DNA from: Podarcis melisellensis
Taxonomy: Eukaryota
Reading direction: 5' to 3' (one strand)
DNA: 64,000 nucleotides
Assembly: GCA_964234715.1 (NCBI GenBank)
Contig: OZ174276.1
Each line of letters starts with the position of its first letter. Within the stretch, counting starts at the first letter, position 1. A model generated the notes under the pieces. The model had not been told where the DNA came from. It saw only the letters and a program-made list of their open reading frames with translations, and searched no databases. This document shows, piece after piece, positions 1 to 13,559 of the stretch. Both the position numbers and the translations under genes were made by a program.

Positions 1-947
1 GTCCTGCTCCTCTGTCTGGAACTGGTCGTCCCCTGGGCAGATGCTTGGAGGTGCCAAGAAACACGTGTGTTCATAGAGGCACAGACATTAAGTTGCATCT
101 CTGGTTTAGCTCAGAGCTACTAGCCCTGCACCAGAGTTTGACACTGGAATTGTACGGTTGGTTTTTCTAATTGTCAGATGAAATTAATCTTAGATTATCT
201 GCTTCACCAATCCAAACACGGTCTCCTGCATTAGCATTTATTTTTGTTAGGCTTGAATCTTTCAGGGAATAAGATGCAAATTCCGAGGGCTACGTGACTC
301 TGTGAAACCTGTCAAATCCTGGTTACAGCACGATGCAGCCTGGGAGCTGGAGAGGAAATTGTTGCTCAATTTATTTACCACAAATTGAAAATTAGTATTG
401 TGCAACAGTGTCTTAAAGCTACAGGCTCAGAATTTAGCTCAAATTACTTGAAAGTCGGTGTCATCTAAGGTGCTGCTTGGTTAGTTTGAAACCCATGCTT
501 CCTGCCTCCCAGTCAGATTGCATTTGTTTGTGTGTATAGCTTAGCTTCACAAATAGGCAGTTTTAAATTGGCATACACTGGAATAAAGAAAAACATTCAT
601 TAACAATCGATGGAAAGCAGAATATGAATATGGGGAAGAACTAAAGTGAAACAAGGTTAGCCCCACATTGCTGTTGAGGTTCAGACTTGCTACTAGCATG
701 GTTTGAGTTATGGAAAAGAAACTAAAAGTCCAGTGCAGGCATTGCTGTTGTTCCTTGCAAACTATGGTTGCAGGTGAACTAGGATGCAGATGACTCCTTC
801 TCCAAATATTAATCCTCCGTTACCCAACAGTACGGTTTGATATTCTTTTACCATAGGAGCAATAGCCCTGAAATGCATGCTCCCTCACATCACAGTATAA
901 ATTCCCTTGTTCATCTTAGCCTGGATTAAGCATTATGTATGCCAGAT

Positions 948-1346
948 ACAGGGAACCTCAGAACTGCAGGCAAAATGTGTCCCTCACAAGCTCCCTATCC
1001 AGCCCTGGAGACTCTTCCCAGGCCCCAGCTCCTTCCCCAACTCTACATCCTTCCTTAGCCCTGCTCTGATCTCTCCTTGAGTGCTGTTGCCTGGCTTAAA
1101 TGTGTCCTTGCAGTGTTATAATGCCTCTTGCTTATGCAGATGGACAATGAAGTGCTGTGGTTGGGAGGAGTATATTGAAGCTGACTATTGTGTAGCTGGA
1201 TCAAGCTCTAATGTACAAAGCAATAGTTGCCTTTGCTGCTCCACCCACTTTGGCCTCTGGCACCAACCCAACACTGACATGCAACCTCCAGAAGATGACC
1301 CACAAGGGAAGGCAGTTCTTGGCCTGAAAAAGGTCCCCAACCCCTG
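948..1346. mobile_element. Degenerate non-autonomous hAT-type MITE
   Basis: Begins CAGGGAACCT.. and ends ..AAAAAGGTCCCCAACCCCTG, resembling CAGGG..CCCTG hAT termini; no coding capacity. Confidence 0.4.
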
Positions 1347-1867
1347 ACATACACAGTGCTACAAGCATGGTTAACATATCCAGGATTGCTGTCGCAAGCA
1401 AGTTTAGAAACCAGGGCTTGAAATGTGTTTGCATCAACCCCTGGCTAAAAGGGAATCTGGCTACGTTAACCACCAATTGTTAGTATTTGCTGCATGTGTA
1501 AATGAGTTCCCTGGACAACATTAGGCCTGAAGGTCATGCTTCCATCTTGCCACTTGGTGTCCCCTTGCAAGAACTACATTGTTTGCATGATCTTTTCCCA
1601 TATTGTTGAACATCATAAAGTCCACCCAAGCTGATGAAAGATAAAAGGCAGAATTGGAGCTTGTCTGCATCAGTCCTCCCGCATTGCTGATCTTCTCCAT
1701 GGATTCAGAGGTACATGGTGGAGTTTCCACGCATTCCACCCACCCACCCTCCTGAAGCCAGCTAGCCATGCTATGTGGTCTACTGACAACTGGTCCACCT
1801 CTGGTGTGAATTCATTGGAGAGTAAAAACCTTATGCACATTTGTCACAGAATTCAGTAGAGATAAGG

Positions 1868-2001
1868 CAGGGGTCAGGGAACTTTTGGTTGTCTAGATGT
1901 TGCTGAACTAGAACTCCCATCAGTCCTAGCAAGCATGGCCAATGACCAGGGATGGTAGGAATTTAAGCAACAACTGGAGAGCAAAAGGTTCCCCTCACCT
2001 G
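1868..2001. mobile_element. Short (~130 bp) hAT-like MITE; related copies at ~19740-19865, 35495-35730, 37650-37745, 38820-38910, 39520-39630, 59790-59860
   Basis: CAGGGGTCAGGGAAC...GGTTCCCCTCACCTG termini, with an internal quasi-palindrome (aactcccatc...gatggtaggaatt) that recurs across the window. Confidence 0.55.
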
Positions 2002-5000
2002 AGATAAAGGGTTATCTGAGTAACAGAACAAACATGAAGACTAAAGGTGGGGGGGAACCAGAGATGGAGTCTAGAGAGGCTAGGGAGATAGATATCCTAA
2101 TGTTTTTTTAAGGACTGATTTTTTATTATTATTACATCCATGATTCATATGTTAACACTGCAGCTATTGCTAAAATCCACTGGCTTTGTATTTTTTTATT
2201 TGTTTATCTATTTATTCATTCATTTTTTAATTGTGTTCTTATTAAGAATTGTGACCTTGATTTCCTATTGGGTAGCAAGGCAATCGGAAATGTTTTATAA
2301 ATAAATAATAGTGAGTCAACAGGCTGCTTAGAGATAACAGGAGGCTACCATTTGCACGGCCTTTATTGGGAGATAAAACACTCATATATCTAGGCTCTCT
2401 TGGTATGACAGTTCCACAGATAAAGTTGCCACATCTCTGGTTGAGGGAGGTGAGATATTTATGGCACACTTGCACCCGTTAATTCATTTCCAACATTTAA
2501 ATTTGTGATCGCTCATTGACAAGGAGGGAAAGCAATAAATAAATCAGAAGATTTAAATGATTTCCGATTTATGTGCCTTTGAGACATAAAGGATCTGCTG
2601 GCTTTCTGCTCATCATGGGAGCGATATGCACAGAATATAACTGTGACCATTGGACTGTTAATAGATTGCCAACATAACATGCACAAGGAAGGAAAAGCTA
2701 GGGAAGGAAATAGAAAATGTTCAACCACCTCATGGCTCTTTGTTCTAATTTCACCAATAGCTCTGCCAACCCCATCAAATTCAAATCAAGACTTCTGACA
2801 AAGCAGGTTACCTGATCCCTCCTTCATTTCTTTAATATGCTTTTGTGGTTTGAGGTTTGGTTCCTGGAAGTCTCCTATTGATGCAGCTGTCTCCATTTTA
2901 CTGTTGCATTTGTGAAAGTGCTGCGAAAAAGGCCTGAATTCTTCCATGGGTCCAAAAGAGAGGAAAGCTCACAGGTTAGACCAAGACTCCCACCTTTCCC
3001 TTGGACAATGCTCTTTACTAAAATAGTCATTTCTGCAAAATCATTAATGTTAAATTGACTAATGGGGCAGGAAATCACACCTTTGTCTCTTTGAAGCCAT
3101 TCCCTTTATGTGCCACAGCTGTTTGCTCAGTTGAAATAGCTAAGGCTTTTTGGATACCTTGCACTTACAAGTGTGTTGGTGAATCTGCTACCATTAAACA
3201 AACTGAATTTTTTAGAACGCTACACACCATCAGCAAGCAGTAAATACAAACATGGTGCTCCAGAGTGAGATGGAGAGCACAGGCAATGCATTAATAGAGA
3301 GCTGGTAGCATAGAATGGCTGGTGGCTATGCAGCCAAAATGGGGCTACCAAGAAACAAGGAGTGCAAAAAAAAAAAAGCTTTAGGGAAAATAACCACAAA
3401 ACACCCAGTGAAGACTGTGCGCTTAATGGCCAGGGGATGCTAACTTGACTGTGGAATGGAATGGAGTAGCCTGAAAAAAGGCATGGTTGGCTGGCTGGCA
3501 TCCTGAACAGGATAGCACCACCCTGCAACATGTTGCTGTGGGTCCCGCTTGCAACAACAATTGTGACTTTATGCAGCTTTAACAATGAGTACCAGTATTT
3601 GCTTGTTTTTCCTCTTCCTCTATTCCTTTTGCACCATAAGCCTGTTAGCGAAGCCTATGTTGTTATTCCTGAGCACAACACTTAGGAGACTGTAGGCACT
3701 TTATAAATGATGGTTTCAATGACAAAAGAAGAGTTGTGAAATGTCTCTCAATGATCACATTAGGAACTGAAGAATAATTTCAAAGCTAAGGTTCTGCTTA
3801 AGTGATATTCAGGCATTTTACCTGGAGAGGCATCATGAAGAGAAAGAAATAGCCCCAATCACCTCAGTAGTCTTTTAAGGAATCAATCCCATCTTCTCAC
3901 ATACAATAAAATTCTTTTAAGTATCTCACATTGGGTTCCACCTTGGTTTCTGCCACAGAGAGTCTCCTGAATAATATGCTCTCCTTACACTTCTGATTAG
4001 ATGGAAAACATGATAAATGGAAGCAATCAGTGACCATTCTTCATTAAGATTCTAAGCCCCACAATTAGAAAACTATCAGCAAATACAGACGTGCTGTATC
4101 TAAATTAACAGAAGAAGAAAAAAATCTACATGAAATATGAATTAAGGCTGATTGTATTCATCAGATACCAACCAGAAAAGATATGACCACTTAATGTGGT
4201 AGTCAACACCCCTTGACCCAATCTCACGTGTCATCCCAGCAGCAATGTCTCACAAGGATTTAAAATATATTTAATGGTTTTGAACTTAAGATGGGTAATG
4301 TTGAGTACGGTATATAGGATACATAGTCATTTAATTAAAAATTGGTTACTAAATGAGAATAAGACCTAGGGTGTGGGACAGGTCACATGTTGGGATTAAA
4401 GCTGACTATTCACAAAACAGTCCCCTTGCCTTGTATTCTTTGAATGTCACATTGAAAGGCTGAAGAGTGCAGCCTGTATTGCTGATGAATATTTACGAAG
4501 AACCAGCATCACAATAACTGTCAGGATAACCCTCTGGCCTCAAACTGTGCAGTCCCCCTCACCCAGCTATGTATATCTATACCTGCAAGTCAAGATAACG
4601 CTTCATGCATCTGGTAAGGTGGACCGTAGTCCATGAGAGCTTATGGCGTACGTCCATCTTGGCTGTGAGTCTGGGGGACCTGCTCCCTGCCTTGCAAGCC
4701 TTTTCCAGCTGGCCTGGGAGGGTGGGGCCCTGACTGACCTCAGCTACAAAAGCGGAAGCTGCCGAACAGACTCTTGGGTTGGGGTATTGGTTAGCAGGTT
4801 TTGTTATTATTGCCCCAATTGATTAAAATGGTTTAAATTGTTTTTAACTTGTGTGTTTTTTAAATTCAGGGTTTTTGTTGGACGCTCACAGGCTGGTTTA
4901 TCCAATGCATTTCCAGAAGGCTCTGGGGCATTTTCTGGCTGATATGACTGGTGCCCTGTCAAAGCCCTGGCTGATCTCTGGAACATCTGAATGGCTTGGG

Positions 5001-6849
5001 CCACTGACACGATCTTCCCTGAGCATCCTTGCCTGCTTTGTGGGGCCTGCTTAGCTCCCTGGTGTACTCAAGAGTTTAGGGTGATGAAATAGATGGCTCA
5101 AACATGAGTGGAGGAAAACGTCAGACAAATGCAATTGAACACTGGTGAGGGCTCCGCGTTGATGCTACCTAGTGGCAGTGAAGAAGGCATACTTTGCTGC
5201 CTTCATTGCATCCTTGCTATGCCATCCAGCAGAGCTTTTCTGGGTAGTGCAAGGCCTCTTACTATCTGGCCCAAAGGAGGTGGCAAAGCCAAATGGTAGC
5301 TCGATGCGACTAGGGCTTCTCAGACCCTAGTGTCCCCAAAGATTGCCTGATACCTCTCTTTTCCCCCCTGGCAGGCTTCACAAAAGGCATCTCCACAGAG
5401 CCTTGCCAAGGAATGATGGCAAGAGTAACTGCCAGAACCTCTTTAAGGAACGTCAACAGGATCCTGACCTTGAACCTGAGAGTCTCTGAAAAGAGCTCTC
5501 TGGGGGAAGCGCCTGTGCATCCTAAAACCCTGGAGCCTATTAAGAGTTAATCACTGCAGTTATAAATGATCTGCAAGCATTTAAAGTCACTGAATAGCTG
5601 GCGGAGGGTGTGAAACACTGTTGCATTCCTATTAACTCCAAACAGCAGCTCTAAATCCAGAAAGTGGTGCCCAGATTTTCAAGACAATATTAATTTTACA
5701 CTTGGCACCACAGGAGAGCAAGAACAGCTGAGTTCACAAGGGGTCAGTCTAATAAAGAGACAGGGGGGGGATAAAAAAATGAAACCCCCTCAAGATTGAG
5801 CTCCCTTTCCCAGGCACGGAACGTCTCATAACAAAACAGGCTGCACAGGGTAAAGGGGAATTCAGCTTTGTAATGAGGGGTAACCAGCAGCAGGACTTGG
5901 GCCCTGCAGGAGATGTCAGATCCGTAGATACGGAGCATTAACAATGGCTATATCAGCAAGTTTAACACAGCTGTCATTATGGAATGAAGGGCATACGAGG
6001 GGGGATTGTCTGAAGTCGCGGGAATCTGTGGGCAAGAGGTTGAGTTTTGTCCCAGATTTAAAGGTGGCAAAAATCAACTCTGATGAAAAGTGCTTTTCCA
6101 CACATGCTGTAATTAGGCTTTGGAATGCGCCAGAGCAAAGGCTTTCAAACTGTGTAATTAGCACTGCTATGAAATGTGCTAAAATGGGCAGTTTTATACA
6201 TTTTTCCTCTCTGAGCCTCCCTCACAAGGAGGGAAGAAATGTCTGAGCTTTCTTTTCTTTAAAAAAAAAAGTCAGTATGTACTGATTCACACAACGGTGT
6301 TCCTAGTCAGAAAGCCACCTAGAGGTGGATTTTCCCCTTATGTGGTTGCAGGATAAAGAGGTCTTGTGAAAAGTACCTTCATACTGTTTTGCGTGTTTTA
6401 GCAACACAGGGAGGCGCATTCACAAGACTGCATTCTTGTCCTAAAAATGAGTGGCAAGCCTACCTCACAGTGCCCGATTGCCTTTAAAATTTGCCACAAG
6501 CACACTCACCCAGCACCCATTGGGAAGCCTTGTCTGGTTTTGCCCAGGGAAGGAGTTACTGGGAGGTGCAGGGGCTCATGCTCCCAATGGCGACTGGGCA
6601 GTAGATTGGCTTCTTAAGTTGGTTCCATCTCAACTTCTTCCTCTTTCTTCATTTGAAGCGCCCTCCTTCCCTGTATAATGTGGGCTTTGCTAGTTGTCTT
6701 TTACAGGGTTTTTAAAGGACTCCTCTTTCTCTCCTACTTCATATTGTCTAATAGGCTTTGGAATAACATACCTAGTGTTGAACTGGTTTAGTCTAGGCAA
6801 GTGAGGTAATTTGGACAAACCAGTTGGTTAAACTTGAGGCACTATTATA

Positions 6850-7105
6850 TTTATACATACATACATACATACATACATACATACATACATACATACCCCG
6901 CCCATCTGGCTGGGTTTCCCCAGCCTCTCTGTACAACAGAATATTAAAAACAGAATATTAAAAACACGGTAAAAGATCAAACATTAAAAACTTCCCTAAA
7001 CAGGGCTGTCTTCAGGTGTCTTCTAAAAGTCAGATAGTTGTTTATTTCCTTGACATCTGATGGGAGGGCATTCCACAGGGTGGGCGCCACTACCGAGAAG
7101 GCACT
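6850..7105 (-). mobile_element. L2-type LINE 3' end with (ATAC)n tail
   Basis: Microsatellite tail followed by cccgcccatctggctggg...gggagggcattccacagg; near-identical to the copy at 12886-13120. Confidence 0.6.
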
Positions 7106-8650
7106 GTTGAGTTAAGAACCCTTCTCCATCCCCTCCCACAGCCTTTGGCTTGGGTGGTGCTTGGGGGTGCCCTTTAGGCTTTGCATGAGACCTTGGTGGA
7201 CCTCAGACAACAAGGCCACAGTGTGCATGTCAGGTTCACATACCCAAGGTTCACTTCCAACCATTTGGTGAATGGCCACAGACTGAGGCCCAGCAGAGGG
7301 GAGACACTTAATCCTTCACCACTTAACCTCTCTTCCCTGGGCTGCTGTGATTTGATTAATCGGTTTGAATGGTTGCAGACCTTCCAGACTGTTGCATTTA
7401 ATAAAAAGAACCTTATATTCAGCACATGTTGCCACAAGTCTTCTTATGGGTATGCTGGCAATGTTTGGTTTGGGCACTCGTCAAAATTGTGTGTTGTAAG
7501 AGAGGGGTTACACTGGCTGGCTCTGCCCTCTCTGTTGCATCTCTGTGCCCAACCCCACCTCTCTATGTGCACTGAAGGAAGAACGTCTGCAGCAGGGAGA
7601 CTGCTGTCCTTGCAGAGGCTCCATTGGCAGCTTAGAACTCTGGTGGATTTCAGAAGATGGAAAACTTTATTCCTTAGGATCACTGGGATCTGTTTTATAC
7701 AGATCTATCTAGCTCATTGTTGTCTATAATTCACTGGTAGTGGCTCTCTAGGGTTTCAGATAGAAGTCTTCATTGCCATACCTGGAGATACTAGGAGCTG
7801 AAAATAGGACCTTCTACCTGCAGAGCAAGTAATCTGCCAAGGAGCTTCATCTCTTCTTAAATTTAGTGACTGGTGAGAGGTGTCCTCTTTATTGGATGCT
7901 TTCTCCAGGGAGGGTCTGATGCTTCTACTTACATCTTTCTAGTGCTTGGCGAATAGTTCCCACCCGCAAGGCATTTTTAAATATTCACTGAATTTGGTGA
8001 TAACAAAGTTGTGTTTTACAACTTCTGCTGTTTTAATTTAACCTTGGTCGTCTTATCATTTGAACCAGGTTTGTTTTTTGTTTTTTGTACTATTCTTAGC
8101 CACCCTGAGAGTGTTTGTTCTCAAGAACTGGATGGCGTTTTAAAAACAATAATATGTTTGTTGCCTAGTGCTGTCAACGGATCTGGTGGAAATTCCCCAC
8201 TGAGAAGATCTATGTTGAAGACAACAGCACGCCTGTCTCTCATCCTGCCTTCATGTGACTAGCTCTGAAATAGCTGTTTAAAGGTAATTTTATTTAATTG
8301 CAACTTTTTATGGCTCTTCTATATTTAACTGCGGTTGTTGCAGTAATAACTTTGGCAATTTATTTTAAGACAGTAACCTTGGCTTGCTTATTATGATAGC
8401 ATCGGCGGCAACCATTGTCAGCCCAGAGCAAACAAAGCCTTCACAGCACTGCTAAAGTTCACCCATGCATTCTTTTACCAGCGTGCTGTTATTCTCCTTC
8501 CAGCCCATTGTAGGACACAGACCTTAGAACATGATTCCTGCTCATCCTTCCATAACATAATCTTTTCCTTTCTTTCCCTCCCCCTCCTCAGCCCACTGCA
8601 AGGAAAAGGGGGGAATCTCCCTAGTGCCTCTCTCATCCATTACTCTAAAG

Positions 8651-9855
8651 CAGGGGTCCTCAAACTATGGACCACAGTCCACATCCGGCCCACCAGGGTC
8701 CTGAACCCGGCCTGCCCGGCAATTGCAGAACCCGCCGCTGTCTAACAGGTCTATGGCGAAAGGAAGCACAGCGTTTATGGCTTCACCCATAGGGAAAAGA
8801 GGGAGCAGAAGCGCCCCAGCCATCATGCCTGCTGCAACCGAGCTATGCCAAGACCCATTAACTGCGCCAATGAGCAGCTCCAAGCGGAGGGGTCCCAACA
8901 GTGACCTAGCCATTTGTTGCTGAAGCAAACCTGCCTGGTGCCTCCCATGCCGCTCTCCATCTCCTGGGCAGACGGGCCGTTGGGGTGAGGGGAGAGGAGA
9001 GCTCCTCCTTGCCTCGTGTGGTGGGAGGGTGGTGGGAGAAGACATCCTACCCTCCACCCACTCACTACTTTGCCAGCAGGGGAGGCGAAGGACCAGAGGT
9101 TCATCCCTCCATGGTGCCCCTTCCATGCTATGATCCCAAGGTGGGAAACCGGGCAGAGACTGTTCCCCACCCCTCTTGCAGGCCTCGTTGATCTCACAGG
9201 AGCAGGTAAGGGGTTGATTGAGTGGTCGGGCCTAGGCGATCGTGCATCCTCATCCCTTTCTCCTTAAAGCACAAGCCAGATGTTGCGCCTGCCCCCCCCA
9301 GCCACTTCGGTAAATGGGGCGGCTGTGGTGCGCACTGTCATGCGAGGAGTGCCGGCTCCCTGCAGGGAATGCTTGTCAAAAGCGACCCTCAGATCTCATT
9401 CTGGTGAAATTCATTCCTTTTCCACGATGCTCCTGGCCGATGTTCTATTTTTAAGGAGAGCTCACTAGTCCAGAAATGCAGAGGGATCTTTGGGATTATG
9501 TGGGGTTGTTGGAGAAATCCAACCTGGGGGAATACCTGGGGTATAGGAAGAGATTTCCCTGAGAGCGGATTCCTCAATATATACTGGAAAGGGGCAACTA
9601 AATCATTTATTACATTATAAAGAAGAGGACAGAGAGCGACACATACACACCCCTTGCAAGCAAGCTTGCTTGGGGCAAAATCGTTCTTCATTTTAAATAT
9701 TGTATTGTTTTTCCTGTTTTTTGTGCACCACAAATAAAATATGTGCAGTGTGCATTGGAATTTGTTCATATATTTTTTCAAACTATAGACCAGCTCCCAA
9801 CAGTGTCTGAGGGACAGTGAACTGGCCCCCTGTTTAAAAAGTTTTAGGACCCCTA
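8651..9855. mobile_element. Non-autonomous hAT DNA transposon (OposCharlie1/OC1-like) with a GC-rich interior
   Basis: TIRs CAGGGGTCCTCAAACT / AGTTTTAGGACCCCTA; perfect 8-bp TSD CTCTAAAG at 8643-8650 and 9856-9863. Confidence 0.85.
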
Positions 9856-10589
9856 CTCTAAAGCCATTCAATCCAGTACAGCTGATGCCCATCAAACAGG
9901 AGATTATAGTAGAACCTTGTCAGGCAAGGTCAATGCGCTAACTGTGGCAATTCAGAATTCCAGATGCATCCACTGGCTTCACTAGCAAACAAGAACCAAG
10001 AAGAGTCACAGATCCCTTCTCTTTGGCAGAGATGCAGCAGCTCCCTAAACTATTAGCAGGCATGAACAACAACATCAATTCACGGACTTTGGCCTCCAAG
10101 GTATTAGCATAATCTGATGAATTATAGAGTGTAAGTCCCTAGTGCATTTTGTCCTTAGCAACTAGAAGGCATAAGGCACAGTCCTGTATTCTAGATGACC
10201 TAGCTGAGGTGCCATAGCATTCAGTGAAACCGCTGTCACATGAGTGCAACACCAGGTACTCTGCCACCAAAACAGCTATGCTGTCAGAACATGCTGATGC
10301 CAGTGTAGATGTTCCACTGGCCAAGCAACATGACAGAATGGCTGGAATGGGGCAGAGTCATGCACAGGGCATGGGCAACACAGGAAGTGTGGATAGCACA
10401 GCTGTCCCCAGACCCAGCACACCAAAAACCCTCCCTATTGACTTCAATGGAAGAAAGAGATGTGATGTGATAGATGTGAAAGGATTTCATTTCAAAAGCA
10501 CTGAAGAAGCCACCACAGGGAAAATAAAGAGTTTGTTAAATTTCCTTACACTCTACTTCAGGGTTGAAATCTCTCTCTGGGAGGCACAT

Positions 10590-11660
10590 GGCAACAAGTG
10601 CAGTCCTACTCAAAGATTGTGGGTGGATTAGATAGTATAGCTGAAGATCAATTACAAGAGGGAGAAACTGTATGAGAGGCGGAAAGCACTGCAAACAAGA
10701 TGCAAGAGCTAGTTTGTGTTCATGTTGACCCCATGGACTGAAATTCTGCAGTGCTTTTATTGCACAAGACAAGCTCTCCGAGAAGAAGAATTGGACTTGC
10801 AAACATGTGCAGACCTCTGCCAGTCATTAGCAGAGCACTTGCACACTTTGAGGAACGATCTCAAAAGATTTGAAGACATATCAAAAAGCAATCTTCCTGA
10901 TATTGACTACAAAGTAGCCCAGTCCTACAAGCGAATCAGGAAAAAAATGCAAATGATGGCAGCGCACCAGAAACAGCATTGAATCTCAGAGATAAATTAT
11001 GTGTATACTGACTACACCATATTTGACACACCTGAAGCTAAATATGGATAATATGGTGAAGCATACAAAGAAGTATCAAGTAGATTCTTTTCTAAACAAT
11101 ATAGACTTATCTGATGAACAATATGCACAAGGTCCTTAAAAGCTAGCTGACTCATACGCTCTTGTCTTGAACAGGAATTTCTGTAGAGCAGTATAGCAGT
11201 TCTGCTGTTACATGTGCCCAAAATCTAATGAAATAGAGAAAAATGCAGTCACATTGAGCTATATGACACAATTGTGAAAGACAGAATACAATGTGTATGT
11301 CCATATGCAGAGACCACACTACATACTTTCCTAGCATTGATGCTTACTAAATATTCCACACAGCCCTCTTTTTTCTGAGCTGAAAAGAAGAAGTAGAAGT
11401 AGAAGTAGAAGTAGAAGTAGAAGTAGAAGTAGAAGTAGAAGAAGTAGAAGTAGAAGTAGAAGAAGTAGAAGTAGAAGTAGAAGAAGTAGAAGTAGAAGTA
11501 GAAGAAGAAATAATAATCCTCGGAGAACAACAATGTGTCAGGACAGACTTGATTCACTTTCCCTCCTGTTCATGGAAGCAGAAATGCTTCGCCAAGTCAG
11601 TTTGATGAACTTATCCAGAATTTTGCAATCAGAAAATTTCAAAAGAAGCTTTTGTATTTT
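10590..11660 (+). pseudogene. Decayed hAT-superfamily transposase C-terminal region including the dimerisation domain
   Basis: Fragmented ORFs (10716-10982, 11533 onward) give ..RRTTMCQDRLDSLSLLFMEAEMLRQVS.., similar to the hAT dimerisation consensus RSTMxQERLxxLALLSIE; stops and frameshifts; interrupted by a microsatellite. Confidence 0.6.
11387..11508. repeat. (GAAGTA)n/(GAA)n compound microsatellite
   Basis: Direct reading; produces the spurious FYFYFY ORF 11249-11557(-). Confidence 0.95.
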
Positions 11661-12212
11661 CAGCATACATGTAAGCTTGGTGTCAGTTCAAAAAAATATA
11701 TATTTTATTTTATGGTTTAGTGTCATCTTTATTTTGCATTACGTATGGCTGGTACCGTCATATTTCCAGAGCTGAGGGCCTCTAAATGTCTTAATCTGGC
11801 ACTGGGTGGCATTTCTCTAGTCACGTGCAAAGCGAATGTGGGGTTGTTCTGCCAATCTCCAGAGGGATCTGCTCTGTCTCCAGGGGTCCTCTTGGAACAC
11901 GCTGAGGCAAAATACTCTTCAGAACAGCTCTGCAGCATCTCTGGCATCCTAAGGTGTATAGAAGAAGGTCGCCTTACATTTTTAATGGCCCCGCTCCTGT
12001 TTCTTAAACAGTGACTTGATGGACATCTACTAGGCAAAGCTTTAATCCAGCACTGATTTGCCGTGCCAGGAGCAGTTTCACCTTGTAAATGTCTGCATGT
12101 CAACTTGCTGCTAACTGCACGACTTTAAAAAAAGGAAAAATATTCCTCTCCTTTTCTCAGTCAACCTCACCCCCACCTGAAGAAAGCTTCAGCCTAAAGT
12201 ATCCTACTTGCC

Positions 12213-12874
12213 AAGTAGTACCTTGGTTCTCAAACTTAATCCATTCTGGAAGTCCATTCCAAGACCAAAGCATTCTAAAACGAAGGTGTGTTTTCCCATA
12301 GAAAGTAATGCAAAATGGATTAATCTGTTCCAGACTTTTAAAAACAACCACTAAAACAGCAATTTAACATGAATTTTACTATCTAACAAGACCATTGAAC
12401 CATAAAATGAAAGTATTAATCAATGTACTGTACTATAAAATAAATAAGACAGTATTGTAGATGATAAAAAATAAATTATTATTTTTTTCTTACCTGCACT
12501 GATGATAGTCATTGTTTGGATGCGGGGCTTTTACCCGTTTCCACAGTCACACAATCAATCAATCAGTAGCTGAACTGGGTTCCACACAGTCACAAAAACA
12601 AATTAAGCCTCAAAAACACAAAAGCAAAATAAATAGCAAAAACAAAGGCGCAAAATTTAATCTGTTCCAGTAGTCTGTTTGACTTCTGAAATGTTCAAAA
12701 ACCAAGGCGCAACTTCTGATTGGTGCAGGCACCCTGGAAACAATAGCTGACAACCGCATCGGATCTTCGGCTTCTGAAAAACATTCGAAAACCGGAAGAC
12801 TAACTTCCGGGTTTTCAGCGTTTGGGAACCAAGGCATTTGAATACCAAGGCGCTTGAGAACCAAGGTACCACTG
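12213..12874. mobile_element. Tc1/mariner (Tigger-like) MITE
   Basis: TIRs AGTAGTACCTTGGTTCTCAA / TTGAGAACCAAGGTACCACTG followed by TA. Confidence 0.75.
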
Positions 12875-12885
12875 TATTATGAATA

Positions 12886-12886
12886 C

Positions 12887-12929
<43 letters not shown>

Positions 12930-13120
12930 TTATTATTTATACCCCACCCATCTGGCTGGGCTTCCCCAGCCACTCTGGGCGGCTTCCAAAAGAATATTAA
13001 AATAAAATATTAAAAGCTTCCCTAAACAGGGCTGCCTTCAGATGTCTTCTAAAAGTCTGGTAGCTGTTGTTCTCTTTGACATCTGGTGGGAGGGCGTTCC
13101 ACAGGGAGGGCGCCACAACC
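12886..13120 (-). mobile_element. L2-type LINE 3' end with (TAA)n tail
   Basis: (TAA)n 12886-12928, then sequence homologous to 6895-7105. Confidence 0.6.
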
Positions 13121-13559
13121 GACAGTTTGTGGCTCTGATTTGTCTAGTTTTATTTTATTCTTTAAAACGTACAGGTAAATATAAAGTGTTTGTTATGGTG
13201 GTTCAGGAGTTATTGAAAGTTGCCCATCCCCACACACACAAAAAACAACAACCATGATCAACATTTTAAAAATAGAATTCAGGCCCCAGTCTCTGCAAGG
13301 TTTTATAAGTGAAAGCCAGCATCTTGAATTGTACATGGATGGCCAATGCAGCTGTTTTCAAATAAGCTATATTTACAAGGTCCACCATCTGTGCAGGTGT
13401 TAGACATGTTCGCACCGCTTTTATGGAGCAAGCATAAAATCTTCATTCTGTTGCTGGACTCTGTGCAAACTAGTATGCAGAAGGAGTGAAATGGAGAAGG
13501 ATTATATCCCAGCACTGTTTAGAACCATCATTCCACTGGGCCCCAGCTGGAAGCCTTCA

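Noticed and set aside
7181-7729. 182-aa ORF
   Set aside because: No recognisable motif, TTG start, no supporting exon structure.
11249-11557. FYFYFY-rich ORF
   Set aside because: Translation of the (GAAGTA)n microsatellite.
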